DNA of 64,000 bases from Eledone cirrhosa. Taxonomy: Eukaryota. The translations under genes were made by a program, and so were the position numbers. Location: the NCBI GenBank assembly GCA_964016885.1, contig OZ024747.1, positions 63,178,001 through 63,242,000 on the forward strand. Direction: 5' to 3'. The notes under the pieces are model-generated. The model was given only the letters and a program-made list of their open reading frames with translations, was not told where the DNA came from and searched no databases. This document shows, piece after piece, positions 11,266-24,039 of this stretch (within the stretch, counting starts at the first letter, position 1; each line of letters opens with the position of its first letter).

Positions 11266-13836
11266 GGAGAAGAAGAAGGCTTACTTTGTGAAGAAGGAGC
11301 AACAACCATGAGCCACAGACCTGTATTAAATCAGGCAAAAGATTAAGCCTACTCTCCAAGGACCAGGTATTAGTGTTTAATTAGGTAACATATGTCTACC
11401 ACCTAAGAGCAGAAATGATATCTCCCATGGGCTTCCACAAGTTTCTGTCTACCAAATTTAACTGAAGCGTCTTTGATTGCTGACACTTGTTCAAGATGCC
11501 ACACAGTGTTACCAAACCCCAACACATGTAATTTAAAGCAAACTTCTTAATAGTATGGCCATATCTGCAGCCAAAATCAACCAAGAAGGATATGGATAGT
11601 AGTTGTTTTAATTACAGGTTCTTTGAACGTTTCAAGTGAGGTGTGTTCCTCCAATCTGTCGGAGAGAAGAGTAAATCTGAATAAAAATTGAATCCTCTAA
11701 ACCATGCCAACATAGAAAGCAGCTATAAAATGATGATGATCATATAATTATCTTATTTTCAACTGCAACAGATAATAGCTTTATAAAGAAATCACTTACA
11801 TTATGTTTCTTCAATATTATTAATTATATTCTATTAAGACATATTTCTAGAATAGCATATTTGTAATTTAGATATTAAATTTTGTCAAATTGTAAATAAT
11901 GAGAAGAAAAATTGTATTAATTATGAAGAAATCCCATGTCTTTTTTGTGTTGAAAATTTCTATAAACTACATTTTCAATCAACAACTAAATTTATTAAAT
12001 ATTTAATATTTTATTATGTGACAATGTTCATGTAAAGTATTTTTAAAAATACATTATGTCACAAACATCTCTTGTCTTAGGAAATAAAATCACCCATTTT
12101 AAAAGGTTTCAGTTTAAATTAAAACTTTTTAACATAATTTTATATGAACTTTTTAAAAGTTTTGTTTATAAATACCATCTTAATAATGAAATAAATAATA
12201 ATTTTTAGTAAATTCCTCCAAATTCTTCATTAATTTATTAAATTCTATAAAATACTTTTGAAGAGATATATCTATTGATATAATTGTATAGATTGTTTTG
12301 TCTTAGTTCTATGTTAAACTAACAAACATTACCATCATAAATTGAAAGCATTTCATTTGCATTAATTAAAGAGTAACAATTATATAACAAAAAAATAGTT
12401 TACTTTAATAAATGACTGAAAATTATTTTGTTCGCACTAAACATTATCCATGCAATCAACAGAAAATTTGTAAAATAAATAGTAGCAATGGAAAATAGGT
12501 GTTAACTTTACTCTGCAGTGTAAAAATCAATTTTGATTAAGACAGAAATCCATTTATAGAGGGAAATATTTTATTATAAAACCTGATTTTGTTTAGTTTT
12601 TGTTATTTTTTTAACAAAATTTGAAGATGATTTTGATTGCAATTAATTCTGAAAAGTATTTCAAATAATTTTTTTATCTCTTGGTTTCTTCAATATTAAA
12701 TGTTAGTAGATACTAGGATTTTAAAGATTTGTTTACTATATAGAAGCAGGTATGGCAGTATGGTTAAGGAGTTCATCTTGCAATCACACAGTTTCTGATT
12801 TCAGTTCTACTGCATGATGCTATAGCCACAGATTGACCAATGCCTTGTGAGTGGATTTTGGCTCATGGAAACTACAGAAGACTTCTACACACATGCACGT
12901 GTATGGACACACACTCACACACACATACACACACACATATACATATACATATATCATCATCATCATCATTGTTTAATGTCCATCTTCCACGCTTGCATGG
13001 GTTTATATATATATACACACACACATACATATATATATGTGGGGTATGGGTGTGGATACGTGTTTGGGTGGTACCAGAACAATCGCTTTTCAGAGAACAC
13101 TGGGGGCATTTTATCATGGTACTGGCACTAGAGAAGTTGACATGTACTCAACAAAACTGAAGATTCCTCTCTACCCTATATTAAAATATGGGAAGAATTT
13201 CAAGGCTAGGTTTCTTAATGTTTTACTACAAATCTATGACATGCTACAGCCAGCCACAGGGGCTGGCTTGATTTGGAGATTAAAATGGTGATGATGATGC
13301 TGAAGTTCAGGGAATCATGTTTGGAATGTGCTATGCTCACAATCTATTAGTGAAGGCATGCTATCAGTTCAACAGAAGAATTCAGCCTTCACATGTTTTT
13401 CATTGAGGTATATATATATAAAGGTTATGAGAATCCTTCAGTTGTGTCATGGTACAGCAACTTCTCTAGTGTTAGTGATCTATGTGATAAATACACACTG
13501 TAAAATGGTTGATAATAGGAATGGCATCCAACCATAGAAGGCTTGCAAAACAAAGGGTTGGGAGGACCAATCAGTTGTGTCAAAGATAGAATGTACACTT
13601 GATAGAATTTGAGTCCATCTGTAAGCGGGGAAATCAGTAACCCCGCTCCTGTTCTGACTTGATCAATGTAAACACATCCAACTCTTGCTAGCAGAGAAAG
13701 CAGACATTAAAACAACGATAATGATGATGAGTGTCTGTCTTTGTATATTTATCTCTAGTTATGTATCTATGATTTATTTTCATGTATGAATATTTATAAG
13801 TATTTTATTATACAAATATATATATATATGTTCCAG

Positions 13837-13918
13837 GAAATACTGCTGGTAGAAATGAATAGCGAGATTGATCTTCCAAATGGAGTTAAAAATTATTTAC
13901 TTACTGCTGAGACTATTG
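13837..13918 (+). CDS. Candidate coding exon of an unidentified gene: EILLVEMNSEIDLPNGVKNYLLTAETI(G)
   Basis: TTCCAG acceptor and strong G|GTGAGT donor; 82 nt, only one frame open, phase 1 at the end; internal ATG at 13855; non-repetitive. Confidence 0.55.
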
Positions 13919-14639
13919 GTGAGTTAAAATATTTTTATAACTACCAGTTTGATCATAAATACAATTTATAAGCCTCTAACATGTTGGTTCAAACAGATCA
14001 GATGTGTTTTGTGTTCAGTTTAGAAATGTATGACACCTGTTTTTTTTTTATTGTTTGTTTTTTCTTTCAGTTCACCATTGTATGATGTCTACATTGGTGA
14101 CATCCTTTGAACTTTTTATGTTTTAATGTTTGACTAGTTCTGACATGAAAGAAACTTGTTTAGAGTATGTCCATCATTTTTTTAACAAGAAAATAAGCTA
14201 AAATTTTGATTAAGAGGTATTTAATCCTGGAAAAGTTATACTTCTACTTGAAAATCAATTTTTGTTTTTATCTCACTTGCATGGTTAATATTTAGAGCAT
14301 CTTCAATGAAAGCCATCACATTTAAATTAATAATTGATATACAGCGATATATTTAAGGAATAACATTTTGAAGTCATCAACTCAAATTATTGTTCTGGGA
14401 ACTTGTAAAGTGTTTTACATAAAAATATATTTACAATTAAAACAAAATTGAGAAAGCTGAAAAATGTTCACACGTGTGTATGTGTATGCATACATCTGCT
14501 TAACACTAAGTCGGCCATTCTCATTATTATGCTCAATAAGCAGACCTATAATCAAGAGTGTTGGTGCCATGACCACCATTTTTATTTTCAGAAACATTCT
14601 AACTTGGTTTATATTATCCGTGAGATCTATATATTTTAA

Positions 14640-14838
14640 CCCTTTAGCATTCACATTACTCTATATTTACTATTGTATTTTCACAGAAAAGATTTTATCT
14701 CACATTATATCTAATTTATGAGATTTTGATATTATTTATTTTGAGAACAATACCTAAATGTCAGTGTGGGGAGCTAGTTTTGGCCAGTTTGAACAGAAAG
14801 ATGTGAGGGAATTCATGGCTAGTTTTAATGCTAAAGGG
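14640..14838. mobile_element. piggyBac-type MITE (family A)
   Basis: TTAA|CCCTTTAGCATT ... AATGCTAAAGGG|TTAA. Confidence 0.9.
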
Positions 14839-15940
14839 TTAAACATGGTACTATAGGATGTTGTTTGAACAAAATCTATAAGAATCCTGAATTCAGTCAA
14901 TATATCAGCCCAAAGGTTGAAAGGCTAAGAAAAAAGGTTGTGAATAACTGAACTACCAGACCTTCTTAAGTTTTCCCCTTAACTGCCCATGGGGCCACCA
15001 AAACTATCTTGTTCTGGTTTGCAAAATTTCTCTCTGAGGCTTTGAGTTTAAAAGAGATTTAATTACTATTTCTAGCAGGCACAACTTGTACATAGAAACA
15101 TTTGATGTCATTTGTGCTTTTGTTTATTTGTAGTCTTTGTGTGTTAAGCATAATCTCTTATACCAAAAAAGCATTTTCAAACAATTAGTCCTGCATATTT
15201 CTGCTTGTAAATACTTATATTTATCTATATTTGTCTTTATTTATATTTAACTATAATGAATAAGCAATGAATATATTTAAAAAAAAAACTGCAAATTATA
15301 ATGAAAATATATTTTCCTAAACTCTCCTTAATTAAAATGTTTGTCCATTTCTATGAAAGGATAATTTCTAACTGAGGCATACGATAACAGATTATTTTGA
15401 GAAAGGGTACACAGATCTTTTGTGGTAAGACATATGATTGAGTGAACCCCAGTATTTGGGTTGTTTTTATGTTATTGACTCTGGATAGATAAAGGAGTTT
15501 GAACTCAGAGCAGAAAGGAGTGTAATTATATTCAGCACTCTTCCAGTGTGGCAATTTATTACCCTTAATTTTATAAAATACTAGTGTAGAGACCTTTGTT
15601 TTAGAGATTAAATAAGAAATAATTGTCAATCACTGCTTTAATTAATATTATATTGGGAATAGGCAGAATAATTAGAGCAAAGGACAACATGTTTTACATC
15701 TATTTATGTTCTGAGTTCAAATCCTGCCATGTTTGGTTTGCCTTTCATCCTTAGGGTGTGAATAAAATAAAGCATCTGTAGTCAATATAATCAACTATCC
15801 TCCCTTCTCTTCACATTGTTGGCCTTTTGTCAAATTCAGAAGTCATAATTGTAATGCTTGATCATGTGCAGTATAGCATTTTAGCCAAATAAAGGCAGAG
15901 TGAATATATTTATTTTTCAAATAAATGTTTACATTATTAT

Positions 15941-16128
15941 TGGATTGGCAGTATCGGTAGAGGGTCGGACACCATGCTTTGACGTATAGAGTTACGGTCC
16001 TTGCCATTCTAAGTTCAAATCCGGCCGAGGTTAACTTTACCTTTCATCCTTACGGGGTCGATAAAATAAAGTACCAGTAATGCACTGAGTAATTGCTGGC
16101 CTTGTGCCAAAAGTAGAAACAATTATTT
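15941..16128 (+). mobile_element. Nin/Deu-domain-like tRNA SINE
   Basis: A/B boxes, CCTTTCATCCTTACGGGGTCGATAAAATAAAGTACCAG, tail GTAGAAACAATTATT; older diverged copy at 15655-15850. Confidence 0.9.
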
Positions 16129-16280
16129 ATTTACCTACTGATATCCACTGAGTTAAACATATACTCCCAAATTTACTTGATTGGTAACACTGTACTTAAA
16201 AACATAACAGAAAGTGATGTATCTACCGATGTGATTTATATGTAAGTTAATTCTATTAATAAATACATTGACTTGCCATC

Positions 16281-16568
16281 TAAAGTCTAAAGTCTGTCCT
16301 GAGCTTGGAGGCTCATCAGGCTGGTGCTTATTCCAGTTTCCATGTTGTGAAGTGACTGAGAGTACAAGCCTTCCCCCTGGACAGGCTGCCAGTCCATCAC
16401 AAGGTTAAACCACCAGCTATTGCTGGTATTCATCTTCAGTTGAGTATACTGGAGCAATGTGAAATGAAGTGTTTTTGCTCAAGAACACAACATGCAACCC
16501 AGCCCAGGAATTGAACCCACATCATTATGATCGTAAGTCCAAGATCCTTACCACTAGGCCACACATAC
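16281..16568 (-). mobile_element. tRNA-derived CORE-like SINE with AGACTTT tail
   Basis: Reverse: TGGCCTAGTGGTAAGG...GGTTCAATTCC...TTCTTGAGCAAAAACACTT...; relatives at 43535-43755 and 58590-58885. Confidence 0.8.
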
Positions 16569-17239
16569 CCAGCCATAAATGTTTTATCAACTTCTATGAT
16601 AAAGTATTTCTTTGAAGTATAAAATCCATTGATTCATTTGCATTGAAATACTGGGAAAGGGAAAGGGTTAAAGTATATTTAGTTTATTTCAGGGAAATGT
16701 AACCTCTTATGTTTAAAAACTTTATGTATATTTCTACACAACATTTATATTTCCATATTTCAAGGTAAAATTTCTTAAAAAAGACAACATAAGGATAATC
16801 AAATCTATCTTCTTAATATTTAAACTTAGAGATCAGAAGATCTTTTCATAAACCATTTCTAGAAGATGATGTCATATATGTATGTAGGAAGATGAGATGG
16901 ATAGAAACTACCAAGAAATGTAGTTACTATTTGTCTTGGAGAGATTGAAATAATCTGGAATACATATGCTGCTATATATAATTTGTATAAATATATTTAG
17001 TTGTTTTTAAAGATTAATGCATAACGGGTTTTAAATGTATTAAGAAGATTTCATGGCATAAAGTAGTGGTCAAGTTTTATATGGGAGTTACAGGTTAGAA
17101 ATTTGTAGTGGAAGCCAAAATATTGTAGATTAGAATATTTCTGGGTATTTTGGTCAGAAGAACGTTATATGTTAAAACGATTAACTTCTTGTATGTCACA
17201 AGAAAGAATAGATAATATTTCTGAGGAAAATACTTTACA

Positions 17240-17680
17240 TATGATGGTTTTTAATTCAGACACAAACCAGCAATTTGAAGACATAAGAAGGCTGATTATA
17301 TTGATGCTCAGTACATGACTGGTACATTGTTATTTCACCAACCTTGGAATGAAAAATGAAAGGAAAAGTTGACTGTAGTGAGATTTGAACTCAGAATATA
17401 AAGGAGCATAACTAAATATTGTTTCTACTTTTGGCACAAGGCCAGCAATTACCCAGTGCATTACTGGTACTTTATTTTATCGACCCCATAAGGATTTGAA
17501 CTCAGAACGTTTTGAAGAGAGGAGGAAGTTTGTTGAATCACCTCCAGTACTTGACTGGTACTTTATTGGAAGGATGAAAAGCAAAGTTGTTCTTGGTGGT
17601 ATTTGGATGTAGAGCTGGAACAAATAATACAAAGCCTTTTATCTGATGCTCTAAATATTATGCCAACCAACTGCCCTAAT
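17240..17680 (-). mobile_element. Cluster of three nested or adjacent Nin-like SINE fragments
   Basis: Repeated CTGGTACTTTATT and GATTTGAACTCAGA motifs. Confidence 0.7.
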
Positions 17681-19711
17681 AATTTCTATATAATACAAGA
17701 TATTTGTTTTGTATTGCTACTCTAATTGCCTTTGTGTTATCTTTTATTTATTTATTTTAATTTTATATTAGAAAAATTGATTTTACATGAGACATATTAG
17801 TTTACATGCTTATTACAGAAGTTTTTAAATCACCTAAGGAAATGTTTTTATAAGCATTAGCTAGTTTTAACTAAAAAAACTCTTAATATGATCTGTAAAC
17901 AGCTAAAAAAAAATATTTCTAACGGTTTTTATTGCTAAAATTCAAAGAAAGATTAAAAAAATTATAATTTCCATCTAAGAATAGAATTTTTTCTCTGTAA
18001 ATCTACTTTCAATTCATAAATTATAAAATAAATAAGAAAATATATTTTAAAAACTGACAGTTTTAAGGAAGGTAGTTGTGATTTGCCTATTGAAAAACAT
18101 TTAATATTAAAAAAATAATTATTTCTTTGATATTTGTATTATTTTAAATTTAATTTCAAAAATTTTTTTTATAAAAAGACATAAACCCACTTTCTCTCAA
18201 AGAACTGAGATATGAAGTAATCAGCTAGAGCTCTGTATAGTTAAAAAAACAACTTGATATTAGCATAGAAGATAGCAAATTGGCAGAGTCATTAGAATGT
18301 TAGATAGATTTGGTTCTTTGTGCTCTAAATTCAAAACTTCCGTGTTCAGTTTTGTCTTTCATCCTTTTGAGGTTGACAAAAGAAGTATGAGTCCAGTATT
18401 GGGGTCAATTATTTCTCTATGTCTTTTTATTTCATCCACTCTAATACTCTCTTTCCTTAATTCTCTGGAAGAAATTGGCTATGTTCAGACCTGGAGAAGG
18501 GATGGGCTACACGATATGCTATAATGCCCACGATATGCTGTATGTTACTACAGTTCTCCTCTGACTCCATTAGAAGTTACGGGTCCATACATACATATAA
18601 TATAACATAGAGGTAGATGCCACTCAGGAGTGTGTTGAAAGCAAATTGAATGTTGTATATTTAAGGGACAGTAACCTTCCTACATTTTCCTCTTCCATGG
18701 GTTTTACCAGCTTTAAGCGCTCAACAATTTATACAACTAACATCTTACATTTGCATCTTATGTCCATACCATCATAGCCTTCTCTCTTATATACTACATA
18801 TAATTCTTCATATGCACTGTCTCTATTGCAGCTCAACTGTATTCCCTCATTCATGGTTTCTAACATTCCACATTGATTTCTGAAAAATCTATTTTTAAGC
18901 TAAACATGACAATTGTATAAGCATTATAGAAACACCTTCTGTATACAAGGGCAGTTGCTAGCATTCAAATCAACTAGGAAGCCATCTAATGCACACACCT
19001 CTGAAGCGTGCATTTCTAAACCTTATAAGGATCACTGATTTATACAAATAAGTAGAATTAAATACCTAATAATTTTCTGCTGTCAGGAAATAAATTGCTA
19101 AATATTTTTGCTATTTAGTAGAACTGGGGAAATATCCAGAAGAAGTGGAAATGGACATATGATATAATGACCTGTCAAATGATTTGACATGGATGAATGT
19201 GAAGTGTGAGGTGGAAAATGCAGGCTTAGTATTTGCCTTAGTATGGACAGTGCAAGAAGTGTTAAAAACTAGATTTGTCTGTTTACCAATCTCTAAGTTG
19301 AAATTATTATATTTCGTTTGGAAGAAGGAGGAGCAAATTACAGAGCTAGCTTAGGGTTATAAATACTCAGGTATTGACTTTCCATATACCAAACCCTGCC
19401 AAGAAGAAAGCTTGCAAACAATGGTCTAAAAATATATTTGTAACATGTAATAAATAATCTACTATGCAATAAAAAGCTTTCTTTCTTGTCTTGAAGATAT
19501 TCTTCTAGTAGACATACTAAAACAAAGTACTAAGGACTGACATTTCACACATTATTATGGTTTTTATGGCAGAAACCATAGAATGATATGGAAATGTGGT
19601 CATTGTGAGTCATTTGTGTGTTTGAAAAATTTGCATTCCATAATATATATACTACTGTCGACAGTATAGTTTACTTCATGTATTTTTGTATTCTGGAACT
19701 TAAGTCTTTAA

Positions 19712-20470
19712 ATATATATATATAAAGAATCTGAAGTTTAAAAGCCACAACAATGTGGGTTGGACGGAAAATAATTAAGTCGTAAGAAACAGAGGTTGTT
19801 TTTTTAACTTAATTTATCCATATGACCTGATATTTCGAGATTAATATCTCTTCTTCCGAGGAAAATAAAGAAACTATTCCAGTGTCCGATGTGGCTTGCA
19901 ATACCATATCATTTTTTTCTTTTTATTTTCCCAACCTCTTTTGTTTTAAAATTAAGGTCTGGACAGGTCAAGAGGTCACAGAGTTATTTCCCTTTAAATC
20001 TACTAATACGCACTGACACATACGTGCATGCCTACATGTGTGTGTGTAAGCACACATGCAAATACGCAAACATACATGGATATAGTCGTATAAACACATA
20101 AATCCATATATACATGATTTCTCCCGGTTGCTTGTAAGTGGGCCTATGTGTGCCCTTATGTGTAGAGTCCAGTGGCCTTCTAAGTTTGGTGTCGTGTGCC
20201 TTCTTCTATGTTAGGTATTGTGTACTTAGTTCTAGTCTATTATTGATTTGCGGGTGTGTTCTGGCTATGATTAATGCTTCCTTAATTCTAAGATTGCCAA
20301 GGTTTTTTTCTCTTGTTGCAACCTTGACTGTTATTTTTTTTGTGGTGTTTTTGCATTTCTCTGAGTGTTTCTTGAATGAGGTGCCGTTATTGTTAATGTG
20401 TTCCTTAACCTAACCTGCATTGTTGGATTCTTTATACCATATACAGTGCTTCAAGTAAACTACAAATTCC
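19712..20470 (-). mobile_element. Penelope-like element 3' remnant (GIY-YIG endonuclease C-terminus, UTR, hammerhead motif)
   Basis: Minus-strand 20409-20206 translates VKEHINNNGTSFKKHSEKCKNTTKKITVKVATREKNLGNLRIKEALIIARTHPQINNRLELSTQYLT*, matching the KEH...H...EAL.I....P.IN pattern of PLE GIY-YIG domains; flanked by (TA)n. Confidence 0.8.
19826..19861 (-). ncRNA. Degenerate minimal type I hammerhead ribozyme motif
   Basis: CCU CGGAAGA A GAGAU-AUUA-AUCUC GAAA UA UC AGG; core U4 changed to G, stem I only 3 bp; lies downstream of the PLE ORF. Confidence 0.55.
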
Positions 20471-20723
20471 TTCTTTTATATATATATATATATATATAAA
20501 AAAATAATGAATAAAACAATGAAACAGTTCCTTATATTAAACAAAAAAAGTTCATTATTTAACGATCGTTTCTAGGATATATATGTGTTAGAATTGGCAT
20601 GCATATTCAACAGATCTATGTACAAAATTATACAAAATTATACAAACTATCAAAATTAAATATACATACCAAACACATATATATGCCGATTGGACACTAC
20701 CGTAAACTCTTGGTAGATTTATC

Positions 20724-20760
<37 letters not shown>

Positions 20761-20763
<3 letters not shown>

Positions 20764-20977
20764 ATAATGGTTTCTCATATAGGCACAAGGCCAGCAATTT
20801 TGGGGGAGGGGAAAGTCGATTAAATCGACCCCAGTGTGTTACTGGTACTTTATTTCATTGGCCCCGTAAGGATGAAAGGCAAAGTTAACTTCGGGATTTG
20901 AACTCAGATCATAAAGGGCCGTAACTCTATGCTGCAAAGCATGGCGTCAGACTCTCTACCGATACTGCCAATCCACA
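20761..20977 (-). mobile_element. Nin-like SINE, long subfamily
   Basis: Carries the extra GGGGGAGGGGAAAGTCGATTAAATCGACCCC segment. Confidence 0.9.
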
Positions 20978-21284
20978 AAAGGACTAGTTGATATGTCTTC
21001 ATTATGTTTATTGAGTAGTGTTCACACTGCTTTCTTTTAGATTGGTATCTTAATAATACTGGCTTAATTAAAGTATTTTCAGTCCTATCTGATGACTTTG
21101 GGTGAACCAACAGTATCTGCATGTTACGTCCCCTATATATAGATATAGCTATCCCAGGTTCAATCGGGGGTAACCACAGTAAGTAAGGTACTCAATAAAT
21201 AGCAGAGCATAAATATTTAATATAGAAATAACTTCTGCAGGGCTGGAACTGTTTCATCCGAAGGAAATTATCAGGAAAACCCTG

Positions 21285-21568
21285 ATACATACATACATAC
21301 ATACATACATACATACATACACACATACACACATACATACATACATACATACATACATACATACATACATACATACACACATACACACATACATACATAC
21401 ATACATACACACATACACACATACACACATACATACATACATACATACATACACACATACATACATACATACATACATACATACATACATACATACATAC
21501 ATACACACATACACACATACACACACACATACACACATACACACATACACACATACACACATACATAC
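21285..21568. repeat. (CATA)n/(CACATA)n microsatellite
   Basis: Direct reading. Confidence 0.95.
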
Positions 21569-21639
21569 CTATAAAAAAAAGAAGTTTTTCTTTGCTTTTA
21601 ACGTGGTGGATACCTACGTGTATTCATGAGTGAATGGTA

Positions 21640-21858
21640 ATAATAATAGTAATAATTGTTTCTATTTTTGGCACAAGGCCAGCAATTATCCAGTGCATTA
21701 CTGGTACTTTATTTTATCGACCCCGTAAGGATGAAAGGCAAAGTTAACCTCGGTAGGATTTGAAGGGATGTAACTCTAAAGGGACCATAAAGGGACGTAA
21801 CTCTATGCTGCAAAGCATGGAATCCGGCTCTCTACTGATACTGCCAATCCACCACCCT
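21640..21858 (-). mobile_element. Nin-like SINE with a small internal duplication
   Basis: Family match; AAGGGA(T/C)GTAACTCTA occurs twice. Confidence 0.85.
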
Positions 21859-22221
21859 AGAGCCAATAATATTATAATAATATCATAATGTTATCAATAT
21901 TTGGTTTGTTTACAAGTAAACAGCCACAAAAACCAAATATTAATGATATTATGAGAATAGCTAAACAGCAATAGTGTTGGGTTGCACAGGGTTGAAGCGA
22001 GTAGCTACTATTAAGGAATGATATTAAAGTGAGCATGGATAAGGTGGGAGTATCCAGTGATATACTAAGATATTAAGGAGTGCTATTGGATGGGGAAGCA
22101 TGGGAATGGGTCAGGTCACAAGTCTCTGCATTTTCTCCATACAGCTGTCATCTTCCATATGTATTACATGTCTATACCAACACAATCCTCTTTCTCACTT
22201 GCACACTACATCCAATACTTC

Positions 22222-22530
22222 TTCTATTTCTTCTTCTTCACCCACTCATTCCTAAGAGGATAAGGGGGAAGAGTCCCCAAGCTCTCCCTCCAGTGGGTCC
22301 TGTCAGACGCGACCATCTCCAACTGATTTGGCTGGCTCCCCAAGTGAAACCAGCCAAGCGCATGGGTGTTATCCAACCATCTTGTTCAGGGTCTACTCCT
22401 GGGTCTCTTGCCTGTTTGTTTTGCCCATAAAATCTGTTCAGCGATTCTTTCCTGAAACATTCTAACTACATGTCCATAATATCGGAACTGTGATCTCTCA
22501 ATTTGGAGAAGTATCCAATTCTTGTTATGC
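22222..22530 (-). mobile_element. RTE-like LINE (family 2) ORF C-terminus and 3' end
   Basis: IERSQFRYYGHVVRMFQERIAEQILWAKQTGKRPRSRP matches the RTE-clade RL.W.GHV.RM...GKR.RGRP motif. Confidence 0.85.
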
Positions 22531-23142
22531 CAAATTTTTCTCTCACTTGTGTATGTTTTGTTGTTTATGCACACTAACTTCACACATCTATTGGAGCATA
22601 ATCCCTTCATTTCTTGTTAGCTTTCAAAAGCCAAGGCCCATGTTTCACTGCCATGGAGCATTACAGTTTGATAAGTGTTGCATATAAATTTCTTATACTA
22701 CTTACATCTTCTGCTTGAATATATAATAGCTAATTTCTGAGTGAAATGTTTATATTTATCTAAAACCCTTCCTTCATAATTTTATGTAAAAATATTTTAA
22801 GTTATGTTCCAAAAACCAGCTAGATAATGAAGAAGTTATTTATAATATTAAATCTCATTAAATTCTTTTCAAAATAATTTGAAGACCATAGGCGACTTTT
22901 TTCTTTAGGAATATGGTAATGAATGAGTTAATAACATAATGGATTTTGTGATAGTTAAAAGCTTATGTTAATAATTTCTGAATATAACAATGGATGGAAA
23001 CATGTGAATGAATAGCTTCCACATCTACATTATGCTAAACTATGGTAATGATTCTTTGTAATATATAATAGTTAACTGGTTTCTTAGTTTTATGGAAGTT
23101 TGTTTTAGAGCCCAAACTGTTGAAATGTCTTTGATTTGTATA

Positions 23143-23146
23143 TGCA

Positions 23147-23187
<41 letters not shown>

Positions 23188-23204
23188 GTGTAATTTAGAT
23201 ATCA

Positions 23205-23244
<40 letters not shown>

Positions 23245-23261
23245 GTGTAATTTAGATATCA

Positions 23262-23309
<48 letters not shown>

Positions 23310-23327
23310 GTGTAATTTAGATATCAG

Positions 23328-23358
<31 letters not shown>

Positions 23359-23400
23359 GTGTAATTTAGATATCAGTATATATATATATATATATATATA
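23143..23400. repeat. Four copies of TTTGTGTGTAATTTAGATATCAG separated by variable-length (TA)n
   Basis: Direct reading. Confidence 0.9.
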
Positions 23401-23536
23401 GGAGTAAGTAAGACCCCGACGGCTGAGCTCAAGCCGTTTCGACGGCTAATTCTGTACTATTACCCACTCTACTACCCTAAGTATTGAGTACTTTGGTGCG
23501 TTATGGTCCACCTGGTTCCTTACCACTTTTCCTTCG

Positions 23537-23571
<35 letters not shown>

Positions 23572-23784
23572 CAGATATTTTTATGCTTTAATTGGTGTAA
23601 GTCATTATACCCCAGCTTTGATGGGTATCCGCATTAAAATTGATCATAGGGACTCCATTATTTATTATTAATCTGCTACTTATTTGATTGATATCTATTT
23701 GTTGACATGCTAAGACAAGGTACATAAAAAACAGTAAATGTAACAGGCGTAAATGACACAGACAAATGCACACACACATATATG

Positions 23785-23825
<41 letters not shown>

Positions 23826-23977
23826 CTACACCAAATCGTGTTTCCCACTATTTAACGTTTTAGTATGCACTCTGCTTTCCTTTAGATTGGTGTCTTAATA
23901 ATCCTGGCTTAATTAAAGCATTGAGTGGGTGGGAAAACAATCAAAGGTTTTTTTGGTCCTATCTGATTGCTTTGTTT

Positions 23978-24039
<62 letters not shown>

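Noticed and set aside
16300-16342. Minus-strand GAAAC...CTGATGAG in the SINE tail (also ~43560) as a hammerhead
   Set aside because: No UH site or stem I between the GAAAC hairpin and CTGATGA; it is a conserved SINE/LINE tail stem-loop
19163-19354. 63-codon open frame YNDLSNDLTWMNVKCEVENAGL...
   Set aside because: No recognisable motif and no convincing splice sites; length is compatible with chance
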